Under the pieces are notes generated by a model. It had not been told where the DNA came from. It did no database searches and saw nothing but the letters and a program-made list of their open reading frames with translations. DNA of 64,000 bases from Patescibacteria group bacterium (lineage in GTDB: Bacteria; Patescibacteriota; Patescibacteriia; Magasanikbacterales; GWA2-37-8), in assembly GCA_041649475.1 (NCBI GenBank), contig JBAZNA010000001.1, positions 456,612-520,611 on the forward strand. The letters are read 5' to 3'. Of the stretch, positions 1 to 12,689 are shown one piece after another (positions within the stretch are counted from its first letter, which is position 1; each line of letters begins with the position of its first letter). Position numbers and translations under genes: made by a program.

Positions 1-127
1 CCTGTCACCGTCGGGAATCAGCCAGTAAGTAGTTAAAGATTAAAAAACTTCCCCTTTTTGGGGAGGTTTTTTAGTTGTTTTAATTAAAGGATTTATGGTA
101 TAATAACGCCATATTAATAGCGGCTAT

Positions 128-3015
<2,888 letters not shown>

Positions 3016-3034
3016 TATAATTATAGGCACTTAT

Positions 3035-5971
3035 ATGCAGTTCATCCGCTGGTTTAAAGATTTAACTATAAAAGACATACCTTCTGTGGGAGGGAAAAAT
3101 GCATCTCTAGGAGAGATGTACTCTCGGCTTGCTTCCAAAGGCGTGCCGGTGCCAAACGGTTTTGCCCTGACGGCCGACGCGTACTGGGCTTTTCTTCGTG
3201 AAAACAAATTGGATAAAAAAATTAAAGATGTTTTGAAAGATTTGGATAAAAGAAATATGCGGGCGCTCTCCGCGGCCGGAACAAAGGTGCGGAACATGAT
3301 TTTAGCGGCCCAGTTTCCTACAGAAATTAAAAAAGAAATAGAGAAAGCGTATAAAGATTTATGCAAGTTTGCCAAGCGGGCCAATGTTGATGTGGCGGTT
3401 AGAAGCAGCGCCACGGCCGAGGACTTGCCTGATGCCAGTTTCGCCGGTCAGCAGGAAACATATTTGAATGTGCGCGGCGCAGCCGAGCTTATGATCGCGG
3501 CCAAGAAATGTATTTCTTCGCTTTTTACCGATCGGGCAATCTCATACCGTGAAGATAAGGGTTTTGATCACATGGTGGTGGCATTGTCGGTTGGCGTGCA
3601 GGAAATGATCCGTTCTGACGTCGGTCAAAGCGGGGTAATGTTTACTTTAGACACTGAATCGGGTTTCAAAGGCGTGGTTCTCATAAACGCGGCTTACGGC
3701 TTGGGTGAGTATGTGGTCAAGGGCCGGGTAAATCCGGATCAGTATTATGTTTTTAAAGAAGGAATGAAAGCCGGATATAAAGCAATCATGAGCCGCCGAC
3801 TGGGATCAAAAGAAGTGAAACTCATTTACGAAAAAAATGGCGGTACTAAACAGGAAAAAGTGAAAATGGCAGACCAGAAAAAATATTGTTTAAAAGACGA
3901 AGAGGTTTTGCAGTTGGCCAAGTGGGGTGTGATTATTGAAGAGCATTATGATCATCCGATGGACATTGAATGGGCCAAGGATGGCCAGACCGGAAAATTA
4001 TTTATCGTGCAGGCGCGTTCGGAAACAGTGCGCTCCCGGGCGAATATAAATGTCATTGAACAATATAAATTAAAAACAAAAGGAAAAATTTTGCTGACCG
4101 GCTTAAGCATCGGTCAGAAAATCGGGCAGGGGAGAGCGCGGGTGATAAATTCTCCCAAACAGATGAAACAATTCAAGCCCGGCGAGGTTTTGGTGACCAA
4201 AATTACCGATCCTGATTGGGAGCCGATAATGCGCATAGCCAGCGCGATTATTACTGAACAGGGCGGAAAAACTTCGCATGCGGCGATTGTCAGCCGCGAA
4301 CTGGGCACGCCGTGTATTGTGGGCGTAAACAAAGCCAGACAGGTTGTAAAAAACGGCGATGAAATCACGGTGTCTTGTGCTGAAGGCGAGGTCGGTTATG
4401 TGTATAAGGGACTGCTGCCGTTTGAAGTTCTTAAAACCGAAATTAAAAAAATAGAAAAAACCCGCACAAAAATAATGATGAATGTCGGCGATCCGGATAG
4501 CGCCTTTGCGCTTTCGGCGATTCCTAATGACGGCGTGGGCTTGGCGCGCGAGGAGTTTATTTTCACAAATTTCGTCAAGATTCATCCGCTGGCTTTGGTC
4601 AATTATAAAAAATTAAAAGGGGATGTTAAGAAGCAGGTTGATGAACTGACAATTGGTTATACGGATAAAACCAAATTTTGCGTGGATAAATTGGCCGAGG
4701 GTTTTGCGTTTATCGCGTCGGCTTTTTATCCGCATGACGTGATTTTGCGTTTATCGGATTTTAAAACCAATGAGTATGCGTCTTTAATCGGTGGCACTGA
4801 TTATGAACCGAAGGAAGAAAATCCGATGATTGGCTGGCGTGGCGCTTCGCGGTATTATGATCCAAAATATAAACCCGGGTTTAAACTGGAATGCGAGGCC
4901 ATTAAAAAAATTCGTGAAGAGTGGGGGATGAAAAATGTGATTGTGATGGTGCCTTTCTGCCGGACAGTTAAGGAAGGCAAACAGGTTTTAAAAACAATGA
5001 AAGAGTTCGGGTTGGAGCGCGGCAAAAATGGTTTGAAGGTCTATGTGATGTGCGAGATCCCATCCAATGTAATTTTAGCCAAAGAATATTGTGAAATTTT
5101 TGACGGGTTTAGCATCGGCTCCAATGATTTGACCCAGCTGACTTTGGGCGTGGACAGGGACTCGGCCCTGGTGAGCCATGTCTATGATGAAAAAAATGCG
5201 GCCGTGAAGAAATTGATCAGAGATGTCATTCAAACCGCGCATTTATATAAACGAAAAGTGGGAATTTGCGGTCAGGCGCCGAGTGATTATCCGGAGTTTG
5301 CCGAATTTTTGGTGCAAGAGGGGATTGATAGTATTTCTTTAAATCCGGATACGGTTTTAAAAACCCGTGAACGCATCGCGTCCATGGAGCGTAAAGTGCC
5401 GGTCAAGGCGCCGAGTTTTAGGGTTGCGATGGCCACAAAACTGCTTTTGATTTTTGGTGTGGCCGGGTTGATGACAATTTTGGGCGGTTATACCTGTCAG
5501 AACATAAATAGCGGTATGTATGAAAATCCAAGTTATACAAGCAACGAACTTGATGCGGCCCGAGCCAAAGCCAAGCAGGAGGCATTAAAGCAGGCGCAGG
5601 AAGCGCAGGCGCAGAAGAAAATTGTTTATAAAGAAGATAGTTTTGTAAAATTCAGTTTGTCTTATCCGGCCAATTGGCTGATCAGTCACGGAGCGGATTC
5701 AATAAAATTTTATTCGCCGGACCAAAAAAATTGGTTTACTATTGCGCAAGGCACGGCCGCAAATATTGCCGATGACAAAGTGGTAAAATTGGATTGGCAA
5801 AATTATCCGGCAAAATCTTACACTCTTTCAGCCGATGTTACGCCCGTTTATAAATTTATGGAAGTTTATCCAAAAAGCTACGGAAATACGAATATTATTG
5901 TGTTGAAAGGGAACGGTGAAAGCTTTGACGACATTTTGGCAGGATTTGATAATTTCTTTATCCAGAATTGA
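3035..5971 (+). CDS. ppsA: Phosphoenolpyruvate synthase (pyruvate, water dikinase) with an extra ~185-aa C-terminal extension containing a transmembrane helix
   Basis: N-terminal VGGKNASLGEM ATP-grasp motif, phosphohistidine domain GGKTSHAAIVSRELGTPCIVG, PEP-utilising TIM barrel to about aa 800, then TM segment ATKLLLIFGVAGLMTILGGY and a non-enzymatic tail. Confidence 0.85.
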   Translation: MQFIRWFKDLTIKDIPSVGGKNASLGEMYSRLASKGVPVPNGFALTADAYWAFLRENKLDKKIKDVLKDLDKRNMRALSAAGTKVRNMILAAQFPTEIKKEIEKAYKDLCKFAKRANVDVAVRSSATAEDLPDASFAGQQETYLNVRGAAELMIAAKKCISSLFTDRAISYREDKGFDHMVVALSVGVQEMIRSDVGQSGVMFTLDTESGFKGVVLINAAYGLGEYVVKGRVNPDQYYVFKEGMKAGYKAIMSRRLGSKEVKLIYEKNGGTKQEKVKMADQKKYCLKDEEVLQLAKWGVIIEEHYDHPMDIEWAKDGQTGKLFIVQARSETVRSRANINVIEQYKLKTKGKILLTGLSIGQKIGQGRARVINSPKQMKQFKPGEVLVTKITDPDWEPIMRIASAIITEQGGKTSHAAIVSRELGTPCIVGVNKARQVVKNGDEITVSCAEGEVGYVYKGLLPFEVLKTEIKKIEKTRTKIMMNVGDPDSAFALSAIPNDGVGLAREEFIFTNFVKIHPLALVNYKKLKGDVKKQVDELTIGYTDKTKFCVDKLAEGFAFIASAFYPHDVILRLSDFKTNEYASLIGGTDYEPKEENPMIGWRGASRYYDPKYKPGFKLECEAIKKIREEWGMKNVIVMVPFCRTVKEGKQVLKTMKEFGLERGKNGLKVYVMCEIPSNVILAKEYCEIFDGFSIGSNDLTQLTLGVDRDSALVSHVYDEKNAAVKKLIRDVIQTAHLYKRKVGICGQAPSDYPEFAEFLVQEGIDSISLNPDTVLKTRERIASMERKVPVKAPSFRVAMATKLLLIFGVAGLMTILGGYTCQNINSGMYENPSYTSNELDAARAKAKQEALKQAQEAQAQKKIVYKEDSFVKFSLSYPANWLISHGADSIKFYSPDQKNWFTIAQGTAANIADDKVVKLDWQNYPAKSYTLSADVTPVYKFMEVYPKSYGNTNIIVLKGNGESFDDILAGFDNFFIQN

Positions 5972-5992
5972 TCTAGGTAGGAGTATAATATT

Positions 5993-6310
5993 TTGACCCG
6001 TAAAGGTCGAGGTATTTATCTCCTAAGCTTTTTGTTTATGCAAGAAGTTATTAAAAAACTTAACGAGCATGATAAGCGGTTTGATGAGCATGATGACCAG
6101 CTTGATTTTATAGCCCGAACAGTAGCAGATCACACGGTGCGACTTGAGCGGATTGAAAAGAGATTGGATACAATTGAAAAGGATGTGTCTGCCATCAAGG
6201 CAGATATTCGAGAACTTTCAATTAGATTTGATGAACTTTCACTCAAGTTTGATAAAATTTTGGCGTTGTTTACAAAGAGAGGTCCGGAGTTTGCCGGTTC
6301 TTGGGTATGA
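5993..6310 (+). CDS. hypothetical coiled-coil protein
   Basis: ORF with AGGAG 9 nt upstream of a TTG at 5993 (alternative ATG at 6038); heptad-like charged sequence. Confidence 0.4.
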   Translation: MTRKGRGIYLLSFLFMQEVIKKLNEHDKRFDEHDDQLDFIARTVADHTVRLERIEKRLDTIEKDVSAIKADIRELSIRFDELSLKFDKILALFTKRGPEFAGSWV

Positions 6311-6331
6311 TTGAAAAGCAAAATTGAATTG

Positions 6332-6360
6332 TTGACATTTTGTCAGATTTACTATATAAT
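6332..6360 (+). promoter_or_regulatory. consensus sigma70-type promoter TTGACA-17-TATAAT upstream of tRNA-Asp
   Basis: TTGACA at 6332-6337, 17-nt spacer, TATAAT at 6355-6360, about 27 nt upstream of the tRNA 5' end. Confidence 0.55.
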
Positions 6361-6386
6361 TTTCTTACGTTTCAACAATTTAATTT

Positions 6387-6463
6387 GGGTCGGTAGATCA
6401 ACTTGGTTAGATCGCTTCCCTGTCACGGAAGAGGTTGCGGGTTCGAGTCCCGTCCGACCCGCA
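6387..6463 (+). tRNA. tRNA-Asp (anticodon GTC)
   Basis: cloverleaf read by eye: acceptor GGGTCGG/CCGACCC, D-arm, anticodon stem CTTCC/GGAAG with loop CTGTCAC, T-arm GCGGG TTCGAGT CCCGT, discriminator G then CA. Confidence 0.85.
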
Positions 6464-8081
6464 TAACGGAACAAACAGCGTCAGCATACGCTGTTTTTGT
6501 TTTGCCTAGCGAAGAATTGGCGGTTGTAGTGAGAGTAATTTCGTTTTTTAGGTCAATAATGAATTGGTACCGTTTTTTGTCTGTGTTAAGCACTAATTTC
6601 TGTTTTAACACCGGGTTGTAGTAGAAAAATTGGAATACCTCGCGTTTCTTCTGTGGGGACAATGCGGGGTACTTAGTTTGTAGGTTACAAGTAAAATTAA
6701 AATACTCAACACACTTGTTGTGCCATTGGAGTTTCCCTTGTTCTGTATCGGCTCGCTTCTGCTGTAATAATTTACGTTCAGCCAGTAGTTCTTTTTGTTT
6801 TTTGGCATAAGCTTCGTCGTTCATCAATGACCCATCCGCATTTGTTGGGGATATCTTGAGTTTTAATAAATTATCCAGCTGTATGTCACAGTTTTGAAGT
6901 GTCCGGTCTTGCTGTAGCCGTACAGCGTCGTATAACCCTGTTTCCTGAACGTTTGCCTTATTAAGCTCTTCGATAGTTAAGCGTAAAAAATCTTCATCAA
7001 TAGCCAGTTTACCAATCTCTGACAGTATTTGTTTTTCTATAACATCCTCGCGCGTATACCCTATGCCTTTACAACGAACACAGCGGTAATAACTGGATCC
7101 TTTCGCAGTCATACCTGATATTATGCCTTGGCACAAATCACAACGTATAAAATTGCTATATGGGTAAAAAGTTGCAGCGCCTACTGGATGGCTGAAACTA
7201 CCCAGTACTTCTTGATTACGTCGGAATAGTTCGCGGCTGATAATCGGACTGTGACGGAATTCATCCGGTAACTCCTCGGGATCTAGAATAACTCCCATCC
7301 AACGGATAGCGCCGTAATAAAAAGGATTTTTTAGGATACGTTCCATTGTGGCCTTACTCAGCATGGTTTTAGAACGAGTGCCGTGTAAACCCCATCCAAA
7401 AGAAGTTTTACACAGATTAACCAGTGTATATTGTCCTGTAGCATTTAGTTCATAAAGTTTGGATATCATGGGCGCTAAAATAGGATCTGGCTCTATTCGT
7501 TTAAGGTGTTGTGTGGATTTTTCTAGTAGCCCCTGTTTTTCGAGGATATATTGTTTTCCCGCGATCTTCCCATCTTTGTCAATATTTAAGTAACCTATGG
7601 GTGCAAAATCTGGATATTCACCTTTGCGGAGCTTGGCTTGGATATCGCGTAGCACAAAATCACTTGTATCATCTGAACTTTTTTTAGCCATCGCAAAATG
7701 TATTTGCATCATGAATTTATCATCGGTGGTGTTGGTCCATAATTTTTCTGGCGTTCTGATTGCTTTAATGATTCCATGATCCATTAAATAGACGATCTTG
7801 CCGCCATCTAAGCTATTACGAGCTAGGCGAGTTAAGTGGTATGTAAGGATGCTATTAGCCTTTCCAGTTTCAATAAGGGCAATCATCTTGTTAAATTCTT
7901 CACGGCCAACTGTATAGGCGCTTTTAGACTCAAAAAGAACAGGGGAGGGTACACTCAGATGTTCGCGATCAACAATATCACCCAATGCTTTTTTCTGGGA
8001 ATCAATTGATAACATTTGCCTGTCTTCGGCTTCTGAAGATTTCCGGCAATATGGTATGAAAGTTAAATTATTTTGTGACAT
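6423..8081 (-). CDS. large serine recombinase (resolvase/invertase-type N-terminal catalytic domain plus recombinase and zinc-ribbon domains)
   Basis: N-terminus IPYCRKSS...SIDSQ...R matches the serine-recombinase catalytic motif (YxRVS-like, nucleophile Ser); zinc-ribbon-like CDLCQG...YYRCVRC; 3' end overlaps tRNA-Asp on the opposite strand; probable start MSQNNLTF. Confidence 0.75.
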   Translation of the reverse strand: MSQNNLTFIPYCRKSSEAEDRQMLSIDSQKKALGDIVDREHLSVPSPVLFESKSAYTVGREEFNKMIALIETGKANSILTYHLTRLARNSLDGGKIVYLMDHGIIKAIRTPEKLWTNTTDDKFMMQIHFAMAKKSSDDTSDFVLRDIQAKLRKGEYPDFAPIGYLNIDKDGKIAGKQYILEKQGLLEKSTQHLKRIEPDPILAPMISKLYELNATGQYTLVNLCKTSFGWGLHGTRSKTMLSKATMERILKNPFYYGAIRWMGVILDPEELPDEFRHSPIISRELFRRNQEVLGSFSHPVGAATFYPYSNFIRCDLCQGIISGMTAKGSSYYRCVRCKGIGYTREDVIEKQILSEIGKLAIDEDFLRLTIEELNKANVQETGLYDAVRLQQDRTLQNCDIQLDNLLKLKISPTNADGSLMNDEAYAKKQKELLAERKLLQQKRADTEQGKLQWHNKCVEYFNFTCNLQTKYPALSPQKKREVFQFFYYNPVLKQKLVLNTDKKRYQFIIDLKNEITLTTTANSSLGKTKTAYADAVCSVMRVGRDSNPQPLP

Positions 8082-8091
8082 ATATTTTATT

Positions 8092-8481
8092 TTACCGCTG
8101 ATCACCGTAATATGCAATCTTGACGATATTGATTAGATTAAAGAAGGCATCAAACGCTTCTTGGCGCTCCAACCGTTGTCCATATTTATTTTCATATAGC
8201 GCAATAAATTTTTTAAGTCCTTCTTCGGAAATGGTGTTATTATTATGGGGATCAGCGACTACTTTGGGTGGTTGTGGTGGTTTTGTTTTTGTTAATGCTT
8301 CATCGCTGTCACTGTCCCCGTCATCATCTCCGCTCTTTGTATCCTTTTTTTGCGGCTGCGCATCAGTTTTATTTTTTCTGTTACCGGTTAAGCATGTCCT
8401 TGGTTTTTGCACGGTGATTTTCTTCTTACTCAATTTATTTTTCTTAAATGAGTCTAATATTTCTTTTGGAATTTGTCCCAT
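8092..8481 (-). CDS. hypothetical acidic small protein
   Basis: ORF only; Asp/Ser-rich central stretch. Confidence 0.3.
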   Translation of the reverse strand: MGQIPKEILDSFKKNKLSKKKITVQKPRTCLTGNRKNKTDAQPQKKDTKSGDDDGDSDSDEALTKTKPPQPPKVVADPHNNNTISEEGLKKFIALYENKYGQRLERQEAFDAFFNLINIVKIAYYGDQR

Positions 8482-8612
8482 ATCATTTTTTTAATAAGTA
8501 AATTTATATCTATCTCCGCCATACCCCCGTGTTATGCGCCTACAAAACCATCAATATAGAACAGTTTGGTAGGCGCAATTGAATCCAATATCTGAATTAC
8601 AATTAATTCAGT

Positions 8613-8783
8613 CTAAGTTTCTATGATGATAGTATGGCATCCATCGCAAACAGCAGTCTGACCTTCCCTAATACTGTCCTCGGTTACAGGTTCCCTTTCC
8701 CCGTTGTGTTTTTCTGCACAGTCTAGGCAATACATTAGGCCGTGTATTACGAAGGCAATAATTTCTTCATTATCAAATATCAT
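8613..8783 (-). CDS. small Zn-ribbon protein (56 aa), not in supplied ORF track
   Basis: hand-translated minus-strand ORF MIFDNEEIIAFVIHGLMYCLDCAEKHNGEREPVTEDSIREGQTAVCDGCHTIIIEL with CxxC...CxxC. Confidence 0.25.
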   Translation of the reverse strand: MIFDNEEIIAFVIHGLMYCLDCAEKHNGEREPVTEDSIREGQTAVCDGCHTIIIET

Positions 8784-8894
8784 ATTATAAAATTAGTAAA
8801 TTAACTTGAACCAACAATTATAATTGTTAAGGAGGGTGTATGAAGAACAAGAAATGTAATTTTTTCATAACTTATAAATTTATTCGGAATTTTT

Positions 8895-10373
8895 TTATCT
8901 TACATCCGGAAAATAATCACCACACCAGCGCATCTCAGTTTCCCCTTTCATATCTAGATGCCGACCTTTTACAGTTGTTTTACCACCATTCTCTTTATTG
9001 TCTCGTCCGGTAAAACTTTTAATTTTTAAATGACTCAATTCATCAATGAAGGTGTTCTTTCCAAAAGGTTTTTTACCACTGCGTTTACACCATATGGTAT
9101 ACAATTGGAATAATCTATTAAGCGAGATAAATTCAGCATCAGGATCATTGGCATGTTCAAAATTTTCTTCTATAAACATAGCTACGGATGATACGTTATT
9201 CTGGTAATCAATCATTGACTCTTCAGTGGCCCGGCACGGAGAAAATGTATAGTCTTTATTGATTAGCCGTCGGGCGCCCTCCATTGCCCAGCTGATAATA
9301 GCCGGCAGCTCTGGGAAAAACTTAGAATCGCGAAAATCCAAGGTTTTAAGTGTTTTATCGGTTTCGTGCGGAAGAAACTTACGTTTAAATGGTATGATTT
9401 TTATCCTTCTCTTGAGCCCATAATCAATTGAATCGAAAGATGGAATGCGATTAGTTGCAAAGATGTGTTTGGTTTTTGGCTTGAAGGAAATTGGATCGAC
9501 AAATTTTATGTCTGCATGTATTCTTGTACCTTCAACCATCGCTTTAAAATTATCCGAGCGTAAGTATTTTGATTGTTCTTCCGAACAGACGTTTAAACGC
9601 CTGAAGCGCAACTCCGATTTAGCAAACGGCGTGGTTGTCAAATTTTCGATTGAATTACTCATGATAAATTCCTCTCCGCCGGCCAACTGCTCCAATACAA
9701 AGAGCAGTGTACTTTTGCCGTTGGCTCCATCACCGACCAGGAAAAACGCTGTGGGTGGTTCGATTATATCTATTAGATAATAGCCGAACATTTCTTGCAC
9801 TAAATTTATGATTTCCGGATCAGGACTGAATTTGCCATCTTCACTTTCCTGCACCAAAATTTGATTAAGGAATTGTTTAAAAATTGGGCAATTTTCTTTT
9901 GGTTGCGGCGCGTGGCAGTTTATGTAGTAGAAAATGAAATCTTCGGGTTTGTAGTCTGCGATTTCAAGAGTCCTCACATTGAGAACTTTTTTATCGCTGA
10001 ACATTATTTGTGATGAATTGAACTCATTTATTAATGGGCACTTGTTTTTTAACCACAAAACTGCATTTTCAAAGGTTGATCTAGTTATTGATGAATTACT
10101 GATAAGATATTCCATCTCCAGTTCACCAGCCAAAAAGTGGTAAATATCTTCTTTGGTTTTGAATGCCGACGTAAAGTACTCATATTTCGGATGGCGAAGG
10201 TAAAAGGCACTATATTCTTTTACGTAGACAAGCTTGTCTTTATGTTTATTAGCGAATCTGGTCATAACTTGTTGTATTGGGGCCGCTTTTACGAAGGTCA
10301 TAAATTTTAGATTAAATATTAATTTGTTACTCCCCCCTTCAAACTTTCTTGCCTTGGCGCTTGTTTTAACCAT
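8895..10373 (-). CDS. phage/plasmid primase C-terminal-domain / D5-like P-loop NTPase
   Basis: Walker A GDGANGKSTLL, followed by region typical of P4/D5-family primase-helicase C-terminal domains. Confidence 0.6.
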   Translation of the reverse strand: MVKTSAKARKFEGGSNKLIFNLKFMTFVKAAPIQQVMTRFANKHKDKLVYVKEYSAFYLRHPKYEYFTSAFKTKEDIYHFLAGELEMEYLISNSSITRSTFENAVLWLKNKCPLINEFNSSQIMFSDKKVLNVRTLEIADYKPEDFIFYYINCHAPQPKENCPIFKQFLNQILVQESEDGKFSPDPEIINLVQEMFGYYLIDIIEPPTAFFLVGDGANGKSTLLFVLEQLAGGEEFIMSNSIENLTTTPFAKSELRFRRLNVCSEEQSKYLRSDNFKAMVEGTRIHADIKFVDPISFKPKTKHIFATNRIPSFDSIDYGLKRRIKIIPFKRKFLPHETDKTLKTLDFRDSKFFPELPAIISWAMEGARRLINKDYTFSPCRATEESMIDYQNNVSSVAMFIEENFEHANDPDAEFISLNRLFQLYTIWCKRSGKKPFGKNTFIDELSHLKIKSFTGRDNKENGGKTTVKGRHLDMKGETEMRWCGDYFPDVR

Positions 10374-10698
10374 CCCAACACAACACTATTGGAGAAAAAA
10401 TTCTTTTTATATAGGTAACAGATTGCATAATAAATATAGTAATTTCCTTTTGAATTAGCGCAAATTCGGTTGTTTTGTTGGCAGTAATAGCAGTAACATT
10501 TTGGTGATCGTGAGGATGGATCAGAAAATGCCGAAACTCACTGGCCTAAATAACAAAACCCACTATTCCGCGAAACAGGTGCGCATATCAACTCGACCTG
10601 TAACTGGAAAAGTGGGTTGTGTTTGATATGCGCTTTTGTCCCCCTCTATAAGTAAGGCTGACATGTCGTTGAGCACTGTTGCGTTGGCTTTATTAAGC

Positions 10699-10733
10699 AA
10701 AAAAATACCCACTGACATATCAGTGGGTATTTT
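10699..10733 (-). terminator. rho-independent terminator (hairpin TACCCACTGA/TCAGTGGGTA flanked by A and T runs)
   Basis: read from sequence 10706-10729 with A6 upstream and T4 downstream. Confidence 0.55.
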
Positions 10734-10748
10734 CGTCGTTTATTTTAC

Positions 10749-11633
10749 TCAATCATTTAGGTCGTCTTCATTATTTTCACTTGGATCACCATCTGTTTGA
10801 CTTTTATCATCATTAGCCATATTTTCATTGAATATTTTGTTGTTTTTATATTTATCTGGATCCTTTTCTTGTAATAATGAATCTTCAGGAAGTAGTTTAA
10901 ATTTTACTTTGTATATCTTGCCGGCTACCGTATAGTCTACCAAGGGTTCTTCATCTGTCCCAAACACTTCTTTAAGTTTTTTAACCAAACGTGTCCGTGT
11001 TTGGTCTATAGAATCGTTTGTGGTGTCATAATAAGTTTTCCTTAAGCGCTGGAGAAGTGTTTCTCTATTAGGTTGTTGATTTTGGAGCATGCTCAATGTT
11101 TGCAAAAATAACCACTCTCGTGTGGGCTCTGGTGATGATTTTCTACCAGTAACAAAACCAAGTTGTGTGTATGTCAATTCACGATTTCCCGCACCTTTAG
11201 TAGATACTTTAATTTTGGTGCTGTTCAAGAATTTTATCTGTACATCTTTCCAATCAGTTATTGTAAAAAAATGGTATGGAGATACCCATAGTTTAATATC
11301 TTTTCCAGTTTTAGATATTTGTCTCTGTCTATATTCGTCGTATTCCTTTATCTTCGCAAAATCTATTGCAGCTGCAAAAATCATGTCGGCCTGATTCTCA
11401 TCTGGGTATTCATTATAAATTTCATCATTTTCATCAAGCGGGCGCAAATTTTCTATATAACCTTCGCTTTGTATTTTCTCAAGATGTATATATAAGATTT
11501 CTCGAGTTATCTTTAGAAATTCGATATCTTCTTTGGTGAATATAATAAAATCTATATTTAGACCCCCTGCTCCTTTGGCCTTATATATTAATAAACCCAT
11601 TATTTCAATGGCTTTAAGATCAAAATCCGACAT
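10749..11633 (-). CDS. hypothetical protein with acidic C-terminus
   Basis: ORF, coding-like composition, terminator immediately downstream. Confidence 0.5.
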   Translation of the reverse strand: MSDFDLKAIEIMGLLIYKAKGAGGLNIDFIIFTKEDIEFLKITREILYIHLEKIQSEGYIENLRPLDENDEIYNEYPDENQADMIFAAAIDFAKIKEYDEYRQRQISKTGKDIKLWVSPYHFFTITDWKDVQIKFLNSTKIKVSTKGAGNRELTYTQLGFVTGRKSSPEPTREWLFLQTLSMLQNQQPNRETLLQRLRKTYYDTTNDSIDQTRTRLVKKLKEVFGTDEEPLVDYTVAGKIYKVKFKLLPEDSLLQEKDPDKYKNNKIFNENMANDDKSQTDGDPSENNEDDLND

Positions 11634-11786
11634 ATATCATATAATATTTAATATTTTTATCTCCACGGACGTAGTCACCACCCTTTTTTCACAATATACC
11701 ACTATATTACACCATTGGCCAAAAAATCAAAAATCCTCCCGCGCACGAACGGGTTCAGGGCTAAAATAAATATTATGGGAATAATA

Positions 11787-12458
11787 TTAACTATTAATTA
11801 ATTCTTTATTTGCTTCAACAAGATTCTGCCATTTGCAATATCGCCGGGCAAATGCCTGAAAGCGCCTAGTCACATTATTGCCATAGGCTCGATGTCTGAT
11901 ACTTTCTTCACGCTTTATCAGCTTGTTTAGCCAAATGCTTAAAAATGTAACTTTGCCATGCTTTGTATTTTTATTTATCCCGTTGAGTTCGTAGTTGAGC
12001 CCCAAACAGTGGCGGCATACGAAGCTGTACTGCTTCTGGGGGTGTAGAAACAAAACAGAACACCTATACCCGCAAGAGCAAATGAAAAATGGCCGTGCGC
12101 CAAACCCCGCGCTTTGCACACCTAATTCCAAATTTTGGCTTAGCCATAAGCCTCTGTATTGGCACCTTATATCAATATACGCCTCCAGATGTTCTTCTTT
12201 GATATTGTAAAACACCTGTGCCCTGCTAATGGGCCCGTGCTGAATAAAAAATGTTTTTTCCTGCTCTGGTCTATCGGCGTTCGCACGATTGAGGATATGG
12301 CGACCAAAGTGGCCGATCTCCAGCTTTAAGCAGTCTTCAATATGGTATTGGTCTATTCTATGCAGGCGCGGCTTCTTTGGCTGTGTTGTGATGCTGTAAT
12401 TAATTGGTTGATTATCACCATCAACGAAGTCGGGTTCTAAAGGGAAATTATATGTCAT
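11787..12458 (-). CDS. hypothetical protein with Cys cluster (CSCGYRC...CRHC)
   Basis: ORF only. Confidence 0.4.
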   Translation of the reverse strand: MTYNFPLEPDFVDGDNQPINYSITTQPKKPRLHRIDQYHIEDCLKLEIGHFGRHILNRANADRPEQEKTFFIQHGPISRAQVFYNIKEEHLEAYIDIRCQYRGLWLSQNLELGVQSAGFGARPFFICSCGYRCSVLFLHPQKQYSFVCRHCLGLNYELNGINKNTKHGKVTFLSIWLNKLIKREESIRHRAYGNNVTRRFQAFARRYCKWQNLVEANKELINS

Positions 12459-12590
12459 AAGAAAAGTTTATATTTATATAATATCATAAGTACTTGGCAA
12501 AATAGGGTCCAAAACTCGAAATTTTTGGCGCGGATTTTTTGCAACCGATAAATTTTAACTTGAAATTATTACCTGACAACCCCTGTTTAC

Positions 12591-12619
12591 AAAAAAAAGA
12601 GGCCGTGTTTCCACAGCCG
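12591..12619 (-). terminator. rho-independent terminator (7-bp stem, GAAA loop, T8 on minus strand)
   Basis: GGCCGTG-TTTC-CACAGCC preceded by A8 on plus strand. Confidence 0.5.
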
Positions 12620-12689
12620 TCGCCCTTCGTAGGACCGAAGGACTTCCCCGCCATCTGACAGACGGGACGTTTGGAAGGAGCGTGAGGAG

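Noticed and set aside
4103-4585. 160-aa minus-strand ORF within ppsA
   Set aside because: Antisense to the PEP synthase phosphohistidine domain.
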